This document shows, one piece after another, positions 46,871-55,709 of a stretch of DNA of 64,000 bases. The notes below the pieces were generated by a model, which was given only the letters and a program-made list of their open reading frames with translations, ran no database searches and had not been told where the DNA came from. The DNA is taken from contig CAZHOI010000003.1 of assembly GCA_964534365.1 (NCBI GenBank), forward strand, positions 4,310-68,309, in the 5' to 3' direction. The stretch's first letter is position 1. Every line of letters starts with the position of its first letter. Origin of the DNA: an uncultured Candidatus Saccharibacteria bacterium. Its GTDB lineage: Bacteria > Patescibacteriota > Minisyncoccia > Phycocordibacterales > SW-6-46-9. Made by a program: the position numbers and the translations under genes.

Positions 46871-47752
46871 ATGGCTGCTAATTTATACAACCAACAAGAT
46901 AAGAATGTTTTTAAAACTTGGCTTTTAATGTTGGCCTTTATTATTTTGGTGTCAGGATTGGGTTGGGCCATGTCATATGTTTTCGAATCTATAATTGTAT
47001 TTTACCTCGCCATCGGATTTAGCCTCGCTATGAATATCTATGCTTATTGGAATTCGGATAAGGTAGCCATCAGACAGGCCAGGGCTCAAACAGCTACAGA
47101 AAACCAGTATCCTGATCTGCACAATTTGGTCGAGAATCTGGCGATTACGGCTGGATTGCCTAAACCAAAACTCTATATTATTCCCGATTCGTCTCCTAAT
47201 GCATTTGCTACTGGGCGTAATCCTGAAAATTCGGCTATTGCGGTAACTCAGGGTCTGCTAGATAATTTAGATCGAACTGAAATCGAAGGAGTAATTGCTC
47301 ATGAAATGGCTCATATCGGCAATCGAGACATTCTAGTCATGACTATTGCAGTAGTTTTGGCCGGATTTATTGCCCTGGCAGCTGATTGGTTACTGCGCGG
47401 TTTTGCCTTTGGATCTAGCGATAATCGGGGAGGGGGAGTACAAATATTAATTGCGATTGGAATTTCTCTATTTGCATCATTATTTGCCACGTTGTTGCAA
47501 CTGGCAATATCACGACGTCGTGAGTATTTGGCTGATGCCACCGGGGCATTACTAACTCGCTATCCCGAAGGACTAGCTAGCGCTTTAGAGAAAATTGCCT
47601 CTAGTCCACGCCCACTAAAAACCGCCTCGAAAGCAACAGCACATTTATATATCTCGCAACCATTTGGGGCTGCCAAGCGCCTGTCTGGACTATTCGCTAC
47701 CCACCCCCCGATGGAACGACGTATCGCCGCCTTACGAGGTTTAGAGGTCTAA
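46871..47752 (+). CDS. htpX: Zinc metalloprotease HtpX (M48)
   Basis: HEMAHI zinc motif and 4 TM segments, with lemA upstream. Confidence 0.9.
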   Translation: MAANLYNQQDKNVFKTWLLMLAFIILVSGLGWAMSYVFESIIVFYLAIGFSLAMNIYAYWNSDKVAIRQARAQTATENQYPDLHNLVENLAITAGLPKPKLYIIPDSSPNAFATGRNPENSAIAVTQGLLDNLDRTEIEGVIAHEMAHIGNRDILVMTIAVVLAGFIALAADWLLRGFAFGSSDNRGGGVQILIAIGISLFASLFATLLQLAISRRREYLADATGALLTRYPEGLASALEKIASSPRPLKTASKATAHLYISQPFGAAKRLSGLFATHPPMERRIAALRGLEV

Positions 47753-47755
47753 AAG

Positions 47756-48421
47756 ATGACACAAATAATATTCGAATACGACTTAGAAAAAGATGTTGAG
47801 AATTTTCTTAAAGCAATTAAATCTAAAAACAATAAGAAATTGTCCACCCTAGCATCAGAATACGTAAAAATTAATGGTGAGAATTATGATCAGGAACTAG
47901 TCAAAAGTTTTTTATCTTCTTACCATATAAATAATTTTATTGATCCAGAGCTTGTACAGAAAAAAATAGAACGAAACTGGCGATCTAAAGAAAAATCCTT
48001 TTTCGATAAAGTTGAAGCAATGTTCTCAGCAAAATATCATAAATCCAATATTCAAAGTTATTTAACAACTGAAAGTCGTTGTACTTACAATATTTCTGAA
48101 AATTACTTTTTTACCACTATACAATATCCAGAAAAAGCACACTGGTTGATCATGCATGAGGTTTTACATTTTTATACGTGGTATAAGTATAAAAATTCTA
48201 TTTATAACAATGGTGTGGACGATCGGGGCTATAATATAATCAAAGAATCACTGACGGAAATCCTTAATCTTGAGTTTAAGAATCTAATGGGCAATGAAGT
48301 TGACAGAGGTTACCCCCAACATCAAGAAATGAGAGCTTTGATAAAAGATAGCTGGCAAAATAATAAAGATTTAGATTTGGTGATAAATGACGCAATTAAT
48401 AATGTACTTTGCGAGTATTAA
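47756..48421 (+). CDS. Hypothetical protein carrying an HExxH motif (IMHEVLHF)
   Basis: Motif only. Start is 4 bp after the htpX stop. Confidence 0.35.
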   Translation: MTQIIFEYDLEKDVENFLKAIKSKNNKKLSTLASEYVKINGENYDQELVKSFLSSYHINNFIDPELVQKKIERNWRSKEKSFFDKVEAMFSAKYHKSNIQSYLTTESRCTYNISENYFFTTIQYPEKAHWLIMHEVLHFYTWYKYKNSIYNNGVDDRGYNIIKESLTEILNLEFKNLMGNEVDRGYPQHQEMRALIKDSWQNNKDLDLVINDAINNVLCEY

Positions 48422-48563
48422 ATTTTAAAGTTGTGTTTTATGTCACTTGAAAATAAGCTTAACATAGCGGGCCATCTGGACTAAGTGTCCGCACTTTTTA
48501 ATATCACAAGATTTTTAGACAACTTTTTATTTATCAAAATCAAAGCATGTGGGTCATCAAATT

Positions 48564-49073
48564 TTAAATTAAATCTAAAATTTTATCCGCAACTTCTTTA
48601 GGTGTAACATTTGTATTTATAGATATTGTATTTTGAATCTTTTTAAATAAGTTGTTTTGGGAATTAAAGATGAAATCTTGTTCCTCTTTCTTTTTAGCAA
48701 AATGATTATTCGTTCTCTGGTTGAGTCTTTCAATAATTTTATCTTTTTCTAATTCTAGAATAATAACTTTATCAAAAATTTTACTAAATTCGGTCATATT
48801 TTCTACAAAACCTGAAACAAAAACATGTTTATTTTCTCTTACATAAGACAAAAAAGAGGATAATTGCCCTATGTCACAATACCAGCCATGCTCAGTAAGC
48901 CAGTCAGAATCACGGCCATCTGGCCCATACTCCACTTTTTCTTTTGTTTTGTGATTTTTCCAAACACATATTCCGGTAGCATCGACGTCTATAACAAGAT
49001 ATCCGTATTTCTGTAGTTCAGCTAATGTTGTTGTTTTTCCAACCCCACTCATTCCTGTAATTAGTACTTTCAT
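48564..49073 (-). CDS. P-loop NTPase / small-molecule or nucleotide kinase-like (AAA_33-like)
   Basis: Walker A ITGMSGVGKTTT at the N-terminus. 169 aa. Confidence 0.55.
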   Translation of the reverse strand: MKVLITGMSGVGKTTTLAELQKYGYLVIDVDATGICVWKNHKTKEKVEYGPDGRDSDWLTEHGWYCDIGQLSSFLSYVRENKHVFVSGFVENMTEFSKIFDKVIILELEKDKIIERLNQRTNNHFAKKKEEQDFIFNSQNNLFKKIQNTISINTNVTPKEVADKILDLI

Positions 49074-49139
49074 ATCTCTATTTTAACTTAATACAAACAG
49101 GAAAATAGGTCATGCCAATACTTTTTGGTCGATGCGGTC

Positions 49140-49157
49140 ACGACAGGATTCGAACCT
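49140..49157. repeat. Duplicate of the tRNA-Ser T-arm (gacaggattcgaacctgc) within a non-foldable tRNA-like remnant at 49127-49195
   Basis: An 18-bp identical T-arm with a different, unpairable acceptor. Confidence 0.55.
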
Positions 49158-49195
49158 GCGCTGTATTGCTCTACACTCGCTTTCTCCCTCACAAA

Positions 49196-49283
49196 GCGGA
49201 GAGGACAGGATTCGAACCTGCGGTCGGTTTAACCCGACACTACCTTTCCAAGGTAGCGCATTCAACCACTCTGCCACCTCTCC
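49196..49283 (-). tRNA. tRNA-Ser (anticodon GGA), type II
   Basis: Reverse complement reads GGAGAGG TG GCAGAGTGGTTGAATGC, anticodon stem CTACC/GGTAG with loop TTGGAAA, variable arm TGTCGGGTTAAACCGACC, GCAGGTTCGAATCCTGT CCTCTCC G. Confidence 0.75.
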
Positions 49284-49350
49284 GCTTTAATAGGGACTGC
49301 AACTTTCATCTAATTACCAAATAATAGTTCTTGGGAAAATTGGTTGCAAG

Positions 49351-49382
49351 CGAGCACCTAAAACCGCTCAGCCACCTCTCCA
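49351..49382. repeat. tRNA-Ser-like 5' fragment (acceptor + D-arm only), minus strand
   Basis: Reverse complement GGAGAGGTGGCTGAGCGGTTTTAGGTGCTCGC matches the first ~20 nt of tRNA-Ser and then lacks the anticodon and T arms. Confidence 0.5.
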
Positions 49383-49535
49383 GATAATTTATAGAATACC
49401 GTAAATTAGATACTGGCACGAGTGTTAAAATCAATTGCATTATCAAATTCATCTAAGAAAGCGTTTATAATCATAAGGTATAATATCCCTATGCCGAAGT
49501 TCAAGTAAGCACTATAAATTTAAAATTTTAAATTA

Positions 49536-49991
49536 ATGAATACAATTGATACTAAACGCGGGTTTACTCTAATTGAAATACTATTAGTAGTGGCTATTAT
49601 TGCTATTTTGGCTGGAATTGTAATTTTGGCCATTGATCCGAATCAACAAGCTACTAATCCCAATAACGCCAGGCAACAAGCCGATGTTCAAACCATTCTA
49701 GATGCCGTATATTTATATGCAGTGGATAATGAAGGCGACATTCCTGATGATCCTGGGGAAATTACGACTAACAGAACTGAAATTTGTACTACCAACAGCT
49801 GCGATGGACTAGTTGATTTAAGTGATCTAATTACTGATGGACAATATTTAGCCTCGATCCCGGTTGATCCTGAATATAACGCTGGGGCTGGGGGTAATAA
49901 CCCTAATAGTGCCGGATATAATATCGTTAAAACACTCGATAATCGGGTTACCGTAGCGTCTTGGGATGGAAATGTAATTGCTACCCGATAA
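49536..49991 (+). CDS. Type IV pilin / pseudopilin (prepilin-type N-terminal cleavage/methylation domain)
   Basis: KRGFTLIEILLVVAIIAILAGIV, a class III signal peptide. Confidence 0.8.
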   Translation: MNTIDTKRGFTLIEILLVVAIIAILAGIVILAIDPNQQATNPNNARQQADVQTILDAVYLYAVDNEGDIPDDPGEITTNRTEICTTNSCDGLVDLSDLITDGQYLASIPVDPEYNAGAGGNNPNSAGYNIVKTLDNRVTVASWDGNVIATR

Positions 49992-50072
49992 TGATTTCTC
50001 GATTCAAACTACTTGATAAGTGGTTTTTTTATTGCTTATTTTTGTAATATAGTACAGACTATTGCGTCATAT

Positions 50073-50561
50073 ATGATAGAGCTAGAAAAAAGTTTCAATA
50101 AACTATACGAAGAAAATGCCGATGCCATATTTCGCCTATGTTTATTTAAAACTTCAAATCGCGAAGTAGCTCTAGATCTTTCACAAGACATATTTACTAA
50201 AATGTGGTCATATTTGGCTTCGGGCAAGACAGTCGACAATCAGCGAGCCTTTTTGTTTACTGTCGCGCGCAATCGTATCAAAGACCATTATAAAAAACGT
50301 AAAACTATCACGTTTAGTAAGGCAGGATTGGATAATGTGGCCGAATACCTCTCGGCCGATACGCAGACATCTGATCATTCAGAAATTATTGAATTACTGG
50401 AGACTTTGCAAACGCTACCTGATCATCACGCTGAACTATTGCAGCTCCGATATGTCGAGGGCCTAACTATCGAAGAATTGGCTGAAATATACAATATTCG
50501 AGCTAATACTTTGTCAGTTAAAATCCACCGCATCTTACACAGCCTTCGCAAAAATCTTTAA
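50073..50561 (+). CDS. ECF-type sigma-70 family RNA polymerase sigma factor
   Basis: Region 2 (DLSQDIFTKMW) and region 4 HTH (LTIEELAEIYNIRANTLSVKIHR). Start at the internal MIELEK, with 50013 as the alternative. Confidence 0.8.
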   Translation: MIELEKSFNKLYEENADAIFRLCLFKTSNREVALDLSQDIFTKMWSYLASGKTVDNQRAFLFTVARNRIKDHYKKRKTITFSKAGLDNVAEYLSADTQTSDHSEIIELLETLQTLPDHHAELLQLRYVEGLTIEELAEIYNIRANTLSVKIHRILHSLRKNL

Positions 50562-50562
50562 T

Positions 50563-51636
50563 ATGAAACTACCACAAGATTTCAAAACTTTAAGTAATAT
50601 TAATCTCTCGTCAGACGAGCGAGCGCTTTTGTGGATGCGAATAGAAACCGCTAATCAGAATTTGGATATAAAGAACAGCAATAAACCTCGATTTATCTGG
50701 CTGCGGTATGCCAGCGCGTCTTTGGCAGCTATGGCCACCGGTTTAGTATTATTAATTGGATCGGCTAATGCGTTACCTGGACAACAACTATACTCACTGA
50801 AAACTGGAGTAAATGAACCACTGCAGCGCCTAACCACCTTTGGTTCTGACAATAAAATAGAATTGGAGAAACGACTATTAATAAAAAGGGTAGAGGAAGC
50901 TAAACAGCTTAAAAATCGAGGGCTGTTAGATATCAAAGTTGCTGAAAATATTGAAAACCAGATCAGAGATCAGGCCGGTAAAGCTGTCGCAGGAAAAGAA
51001 GCTGAAAAAAATGAGCTGGATACTAAACCAATAGCAGACAACCCTGATACCCTTGACGATGAAAATGATCAGTCAGAAGAAAAGGCCGCCGCCGAGATTT
51101 CTATTGCCGAAATCAAGGGCACAGCCAGCGGAAGTATCAAGGCAGTTAAATTATTAGCTGGCGAATCAGTTGAGCAGGCTCTTGAATTAGACGATCAGTT
51201 ATCCGGCACTACTGAATTAAATAATGTGACCGATAATAATCAGGAACTATCCAGTGAAATTATAGACTCTGACCTGCTTCAGTCCAGCGAACCACAAAAA
51301 GTCTTAGATGTCGATGAACCGCGATCTCCTGAAAGTAAAGTAGCCAAAACCAAAATTCAGGCCCAGGCCAAAATTGCCACCACCAAAGCAGAGGAGTCAA
51401 ATAAAAAATTAGAAACCTCTAATACCAAGGGTCTTGACGACGGTATTAAAGACAACAAAGCTGTGAACCAAACTAATCGTAATAAGATAATTGAAGTTAA
51501 TAAACAAATTGTTGAATCTGCCAAGCAAGTAGTTGATCAAGACATAGAAATGGTTGGGGAAGAGGAGTTATTAGAAGCTGTAGAATCTGCCTCGGCGGCG
51601 ACAGTTGTGTCGGAAGCCATAAGCTCAGACGAATAG
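50563..51636 (+). CDS. Putative membrane-spanning anti-sigma factor (single TM, acidic coiled C-terminal region)
   Basis: Start is 2 bp after the sigma-factor stop. N-terminal cytoplasmic segment, one TM, then a long extracytoplasmic region. Confidence 0.45.
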   Translation: MKLPQDFKTLSNINLSSDERALLWMRIETANQNLDIKNSNKPRFIWLRYASASLAAMATGLVLLIGSANALPGQQLYSLKTGVNEPLQRLTTFGSDNKIELEKRLLIKRVEEAKQLKNRGLLDIKVAENIENQIRDQAGKAVAGKEAEKNELDTKPIADNPDTLDDENDQSEEKAAAEISIAEIKGTASGSIKAVKLLAGESVEQALELDDQLSGTTELNNVTDNNQELSSEIIDSDLLQSSEPQKVLDVDEPRSPESKVAKTKIQAQAKIATTKAEESNKKLETSNTKGLDDGIKDNKAVNQTNRNKIIEVNKQIVESAKQVVDQDIEMVGEEELLEAVESASAATVVSEAISSDE

Positions 51637-51696
51637 TTATTAACATTACAAATTTAGACAAGTGTACGTTCGTTCGTTTTTTGGTATGATTAGGGA

Positions 51697-52299
51697 ATGT
51701 TAAAAGAAGACCGAATAAATGCATATCAAGACAAGATCATTATCTTTTACAAACAACGTCGACGTATGCCCAGTTATTCTGAAATACAAAAATTAACTCA
51801 CTACCGATCTAAAAGTGGGGTAGTGCGGCTGATCGACAAATTGGAACAGCGACGCTTTTTAAAAAGGGATCGAGGGGGAAAACTGGTGCCAGGATTTAGC
51901 TTTTTTTCAATTCCATTTCCCGGCACCGTCCAAGCTGGATTTCCGTCGCCAGCTGATCAGGGTTACGAAGACCAAGAAAGGATTGATTTGTACTCGTATT
52001 TGGTTAAAAAACCGGCTGACACTTTTATTCACCAAGTAACCGGAGACTCGATGATTAATGTCGGCATATATGACGGTGATTTGGTAATATCGGAACGAAC
52101 CAGCGATTTGCCAATTGGGAAAATTGTAATTGCCGAAGTAAACGGATCGTGCACTATTAAACGGCTACAACAAAATCAATCGGGCCAGATTTATTTGCAA
52201 CCGGAAAATGATGATCATAAAAAAATTTATGCCGATGATGGTCAAGAAATCACCGTACTAGCAATCGTGCGATCAGTAATGCGGCAATTTGATAAGTAA
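51697..52299 (+). CDS. lexA: LexA-family repressor (wHTH + S24 peptidase)
   Basis: N-terminal wHTH (SYSEIQKLTHYRSKSGVVRLIDKLE). Ala-Gly cleavage site VQAGFPSP. Catalytic Ser in GDSM and downstream Lys (TIKRL). Confidence 0.85.
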   Translation: MLKEDRINAYQDKIIIFYKQRRRMPSYSEIQKLTHYRSKSGVVRLIDKLEQRRFLKRDRGGKLVPGFSFFSIPFPGTVQAGFPSPADQGYEDQERIDLYSYLVKKPADTFIHQVTGDSMINVGIYDGDLVISERTSDLPIGKIVIAEVNGSCTIKRLQQNQSGQIYLQPENDDHKKIYADDGQEITVLAIVRSVMRQFDK

Positions 52300-52531
52300 T
52301 TTTATGAAAAACGTTACCAATCAGATAAAAAGCTTGGTTAGAATCTATGATGACGATTATGTTTTGAAAACACCAGACAATAATTCTGTCGTAATTGCTA
52401 GCCGAACTACTAAAACAAAGTTGCCAATTTTTACTAATGATCATATAGGCTTTGTATATTACCTATCACCACCCAAGAATTCTGATTATCCCTGGGGCTA
52501 TGTCAGACTTAGTATCCGCCAAATTAATTAA
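52289..52531 (+). CDS. Small hypothetical ORF (80 aa) positioned where umuD sits in a umuDC operon
   Basis: Stop TAA at 52529-52531, with the next ATG at 52533. No recognisable domain. Confidence 0.35.
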   Translation: MISNFMKNVTNQIKSLVRIYDDDYVLKTPDNNSVVIASRTTKTKLPIFTNDHIGFVYYLSPPKNSDYPWGYVRLSIRQIN

Positions 52532-52532
52532 C

Positions 52533-53813
52533 ATGATTGCTTTGATTGATGCCAACAATTTTTTTGTCTCGTGCGAACGAGCCGTCAACCCAACCCTGCA
52601 GCACCAACCGATGGTGGTACTATCTAACAATGATGGCTGTGTCATCTCTAGGTCAAATGAAGTTAAAGAATTAGGGATACCGATGGGGGCGCCTTATTTT
52701 AAGTATCGAGACAACTTTGAACGCAATAACGTAATCGCTCATTCAGTAAATTTTAGCCTTTATGATCACTTTTCCCGCAAAATAGTCCGGGTGTTGCAGC
52801 AGAACTGCCCACGGGTGCAAGTATATTCTATTGATGAGTCGTTTGTAGTAGTGCCAAAAAACCTATCGAATAAAGCCCTGATAAATTGGGCCGACAAATT
52901 GCGGAAACAAATTTTTAAAGTTACCTGTATACCTGCTTCAATTGGAGTTGCCAATACCAAAACCTTGGCTAAACTTGCTGGTTACACTGCAAAAAAACAG
53001 ACCACAACAGGGCAGGGGGCAGGTATCGCCCTTATTAGTGAAGACAATTTGGATCAAGCGCTAAGTGACACTTTTATCGGTTCGATTTGGGGAATTGGTA
53101 CTAAATTAGCGCACCGAATGCGGCGAGAAGGTATTAAAACTGCTCGTGACTTAGTTAATAGAGATGATGCCTGGATTAGAAGCATGTTTGGAATTGTTGG
53201 GCTGAGGATGAAAGCGGAGTTGATGGGGTCAACTGCCAGCCTAGTAGAAATAGACCAGACTGATCGTCAAGGAATTTCGTCAACCCGATCTTTTGGTCGT
53301 GATGTATGTTCATATCAAGAATTGCTGGCATCACTAATTAAACATGTTGAGGTTGCCAGCCGAAAACTGCGCCGGCAAAATTCAACAGCCGGCAAAATAT
53401 CAATATTCATTCGCACCGGAAAGCACAAAACTGGTCCACAATATTATGGCAAGACAGAGCTATTGTTATTAGTCCCAACTGATAACACCCTTAATTTTAA
53501 CAAGGTGGTGAGACAACTACTGGAATCAGTATACCGACCAGGATTTATATATTATCGCTCGGGGGTATTGCTATCAAATATTGAGCCCAAGGAGAATCAT
53601 CATCCACAATCTAGTTGGTATAAAACCGAGCAGCATCGATACCAGTCCGATACAATGGCTACTATTGACAAACTAAATAATATATATGGTAATAACCATA
53701 TTAGATCAGCTTGTATTCCGAAACAGCCCAGCTGGCAATCCAAATCAAATTTTAAATCATTTCAACAATCATTAAAGGATACAACTAAATTACCAACCTT
53801 ACATATTGTTTAA
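52533..53813 (+). CDS. Y-family DNA polymerase (UmuC/DinB-like translesion polymerase)
   Basis: N-terminus IALIDANNFFVSCE with catalytic acidic residues, then SIDESF and a little-finger region. Confidence 0.85.
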   Translation: MIALIDANNFFVSCERAVNPTLQHQPMVVLSNNDGCVISRSNEVKELGIPMGAPYFKYRDNFERNNVIAHSVNFSLYDHFSRKIVRVLQQNCPRVQVYSIDESFVVVPKNLSNKALINWADKLRKQIFKVTCIPASIGVANTKTLAKLAGYTAKKQTTTGQGAGIALISEDNLDQALSDTFIGSIWGIGTKLAHRMRREGIKTARDLVNRDDAWIRSMFGIVGLRMKAELMGSTASLVEIDQTDRQGISSTRSFGRDVCSYQELLASLIKHVEVASRKLRRQNSTAGKISIFIRTGKHKTGPQYYGKTELLLLVPTDNTLNFNKVVRQLLESVYRPGFIYYRSGVLLSNIEPKENHHPQSSWYKTEQHRYQSDTMATIDKLNNIYGNNHIRSACIPKQPSWQSKSNFKSFQQSLKDTTKLPTLHIV

Positions 53814-54066
53814 ATTAATAATCCCAAATTGGTAGGGGGTAGTAGTCGAGCTAATTATGAATATGTAAAAACTAATATTAACTACGTCGCACAATATATC
53901 TTTTGCGACGTTATGATGAGGTATAAATTTATTAATTAGATTTATATACAACTATTAGGCTCGCCGCGCTATTTACTAATTATAATGCGGTGACATAAAA
54001 TCATTTACTAGTCACTAATTAATAATCTTAATTCACTCTTGTTTATATTCTATAAGTTATGTAAAT

Positions 54067-54095
54067 AAAAACGCTCTACCTTAGAGAGCGTTTTT
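54067..54095. terminator. Bidirectional rho-independent terminator (aaaaacgctct-accttag-agagcgttttt)
   Basis: 11-bp stem with an A-tract upstream and a T-tract downstream. Lies between the convergent umuC-like gene and the small basic ORF. Confidence 0.75.
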
Positions 54096-54189
54096 ATCGT
54101 TTCTTCTTTTTATGACGATCAGCACGTCGACGCTTCTTACGTCGCCTTCGCTTTACTGAACGTTGTTTATTCTTTCGTTTTGTTCCCAT
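54094..54189 (-). CDS. 31-aa Arg/Lys-rich peptide (MGTKRKNKQRSVKRRRRKKRRRADRHKKKKR), candidate bS22-like small ribosomal protein
   Basis: Found by hand translation; it is not in the ORF track. Resembles actinobacterial bS22 ([33 protein letters not shown]). Confidence 0.4.
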   Translation of the reverse strand: MGTKRKNKQRSVKRRRRKKRRRADRHKKKKR

Positions 54190-54234
54190 AAAGTTTTAAT
54201 ACTTTAACATTTAATCGTTTGCTGTGCACGCAAA

Positions 54235-54426
54235 TTAACTAATAATATTAGTTAATTCATACCACATTAATCTAGCAATTATCTTTATTCGATCATAAAT
54301 CGACTCGATATAGTCTGAATTAATCAAATCTAATCCATAAACTGATAGTAAAAATATTACCACCGATACCAATACCGCTTGCTTTATTAATCCACTTTGA
54401 CAATTTAAAGTTTTATGGTACTGCAT
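54235..54426 (-). CDS. Small hypothetical protein (63 aa)
   Basis: ORF only. Possibly spurious. Confidence 0.2.
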   Translation of the reverse strand: MQYHKTLNCQSGLIKQAVLVSVVIFLLSVYGLDLINSDYIESIYDRIKIIARLMWYELTNIIS

Positions 54427-54432
54427 ATGATA

Positions 54433-55707
54433 TTAAGGCAGATATTCGATTGGATTTAAATATGCTGACAAGTCGGCTAGCGGCAGGGTAATATTAGTGC
54501 CAGGACAGGACCGGCTAGGCAACCCCCCCACCCTAACCCCCTCACTGGCGTACACACTAAAATGCAAGTGTGACCCAGTTGAATATCCAGTATTACCACC
54601 ATATCCAATTACTTCCCCCCGTCCCACAGATTGACCTGGACTGACTGCAGATTGAGATAAATGAGCGTACAAACTAGACAAACCATTGTCATGCTCGATC
54701 AGAATCCATCTACCATACGAAGCATATGGACATTCGGCATCAGTATTGCCCACTCCTTTAACTACCCCCTGTCGGGCTGATAAAACTGGTGTGCCTACTT
54801 CGAGGTCAAGATCGATACCGTTATGCCCGCTACCGTTGTACGCTCCTGATTGCGCAAAAGCAGTGTTACCAAAATATTGGGTAATAACTATATTAGCCAG
54901 CGGCCATGACAGCGTTGATCCCGCCGGCTGAGGGATTGCCGCTGGATTAAGAGCTATATTTAATTGCGCCTCATAAGCTGATAAATCAGCTTCGAAAGCT
55001 TGGCGTAGTTGACGTTTTTCTTCTAAGAGAGCTTGATAGCTGGACTCTTCACTTCTAGTAATACCTAACAATCGTTCCTGTTCGGCTCGGGCAATATCTA
55101 CTGATTTTTTATCAATTAGAACTTGTTGTTGCAGGGCCAGGATTTCGGCTTTTTCATCTTCTTGGCGCGTTTTGTTTTGCTCTAGTGTATTACGGGTAGC
55201 GCGGATTTCCTCCATTGAATCATCAATAGCCGCACCTAATTGACGAGCGCGATCAGTTTGTTCCATAAACTGTGACAGCGAATCATATTTTAAAAAACCC
55301 TCCACTAAGGTATCACTATCTGCTATTTGCAATGATTGCAAACTATTCTTGAGCGCTCCTTTTTTATTAGCAATTTCAGTTTCAAGAGCACTTATTTCTG
55401 CGCTAATCGATTCTATAATAGCTTCCAAATCCGCAATACTGGATTCAGAGGCACCAATTTTATTTTCTAAAACCGCTTGTTGATTTGCAATCTCATCAAC
55501 GACTTCTTGCAAGGTTTGACGTTCCTCTGTTTTTTCTTGCACTTGAACTTGCAGCTGCTCGATCTCTTCATCGACCTCAGTGATGGCTTGTTCACGCCCT
55601 CGTATCGCATCTCTTAGATTATCCAGTTGATCGGCCTGCGCTGCAGCGCTAAGTTGAATTAATAGGGCCAAAATAAGTATTAGTGACTGTAGTGTTTTTT
55701 TATTCAT
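54433..55707 (-). CDS. M23-family murein endopeptidase with an N-terminal coiled coil (EnvC-like)
   Basis: Signal peptide, long coiled coil, and a C-terminal LytM domain (HNGIDL…GNTGYSTGSHLHF). Confidence 0.8.
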   Translation of the reverse strand: MNKKTLQSLILILALLIQLSAAAQADQLDNLRDAIRGREQAITEVDEEIEQLQVQVQEKTEERQTLQEVVDEIANQQAVLENKIGASESSIADLEAIIESISAEISALETEIANKKGALKNSLQSLQIADSDTLVEGFLKYDSLSQFMEQTDRARQLGAAIDDSMEEIRATRNTLEQNKTRQEDEKAEILALQQQVLIDKKSVDIARAEQERLLGITRSEESSYQALLEEKRQLRQAFEADLSAYEAQLNIALNPAAIPQPAGSTLSWPLANIVITQYFGNTAFAQSGAYNGSGHNGIDLDLEVGTPVLSARQGVVKGVGNTDAECPYASYGRWILIEHDNGLSSLYAHLSQSAVSPGQSVGRGEVIGYGGNTGYSTGSHLHFSVYASEGVRVGGLPSRSCPGTNITLPLADLSAYLNPIEYLP

Positions 55708-55709
55708 AG

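Noticed and set aside
49112-49324. 70-aa plus-strand ORF
   Set aside because: It overlaps the minus-strand tRNA-Ser and tRNA-like fragments, and its translation has no protein-like features.
51640-51700. Canonical SOS box upstream of lexA
   Set aside because: There is no CTGT-N8-ACAG or GAAC-N4-GTTC match. Only tandem CGTTCG half-sites are present, so no operator was called.
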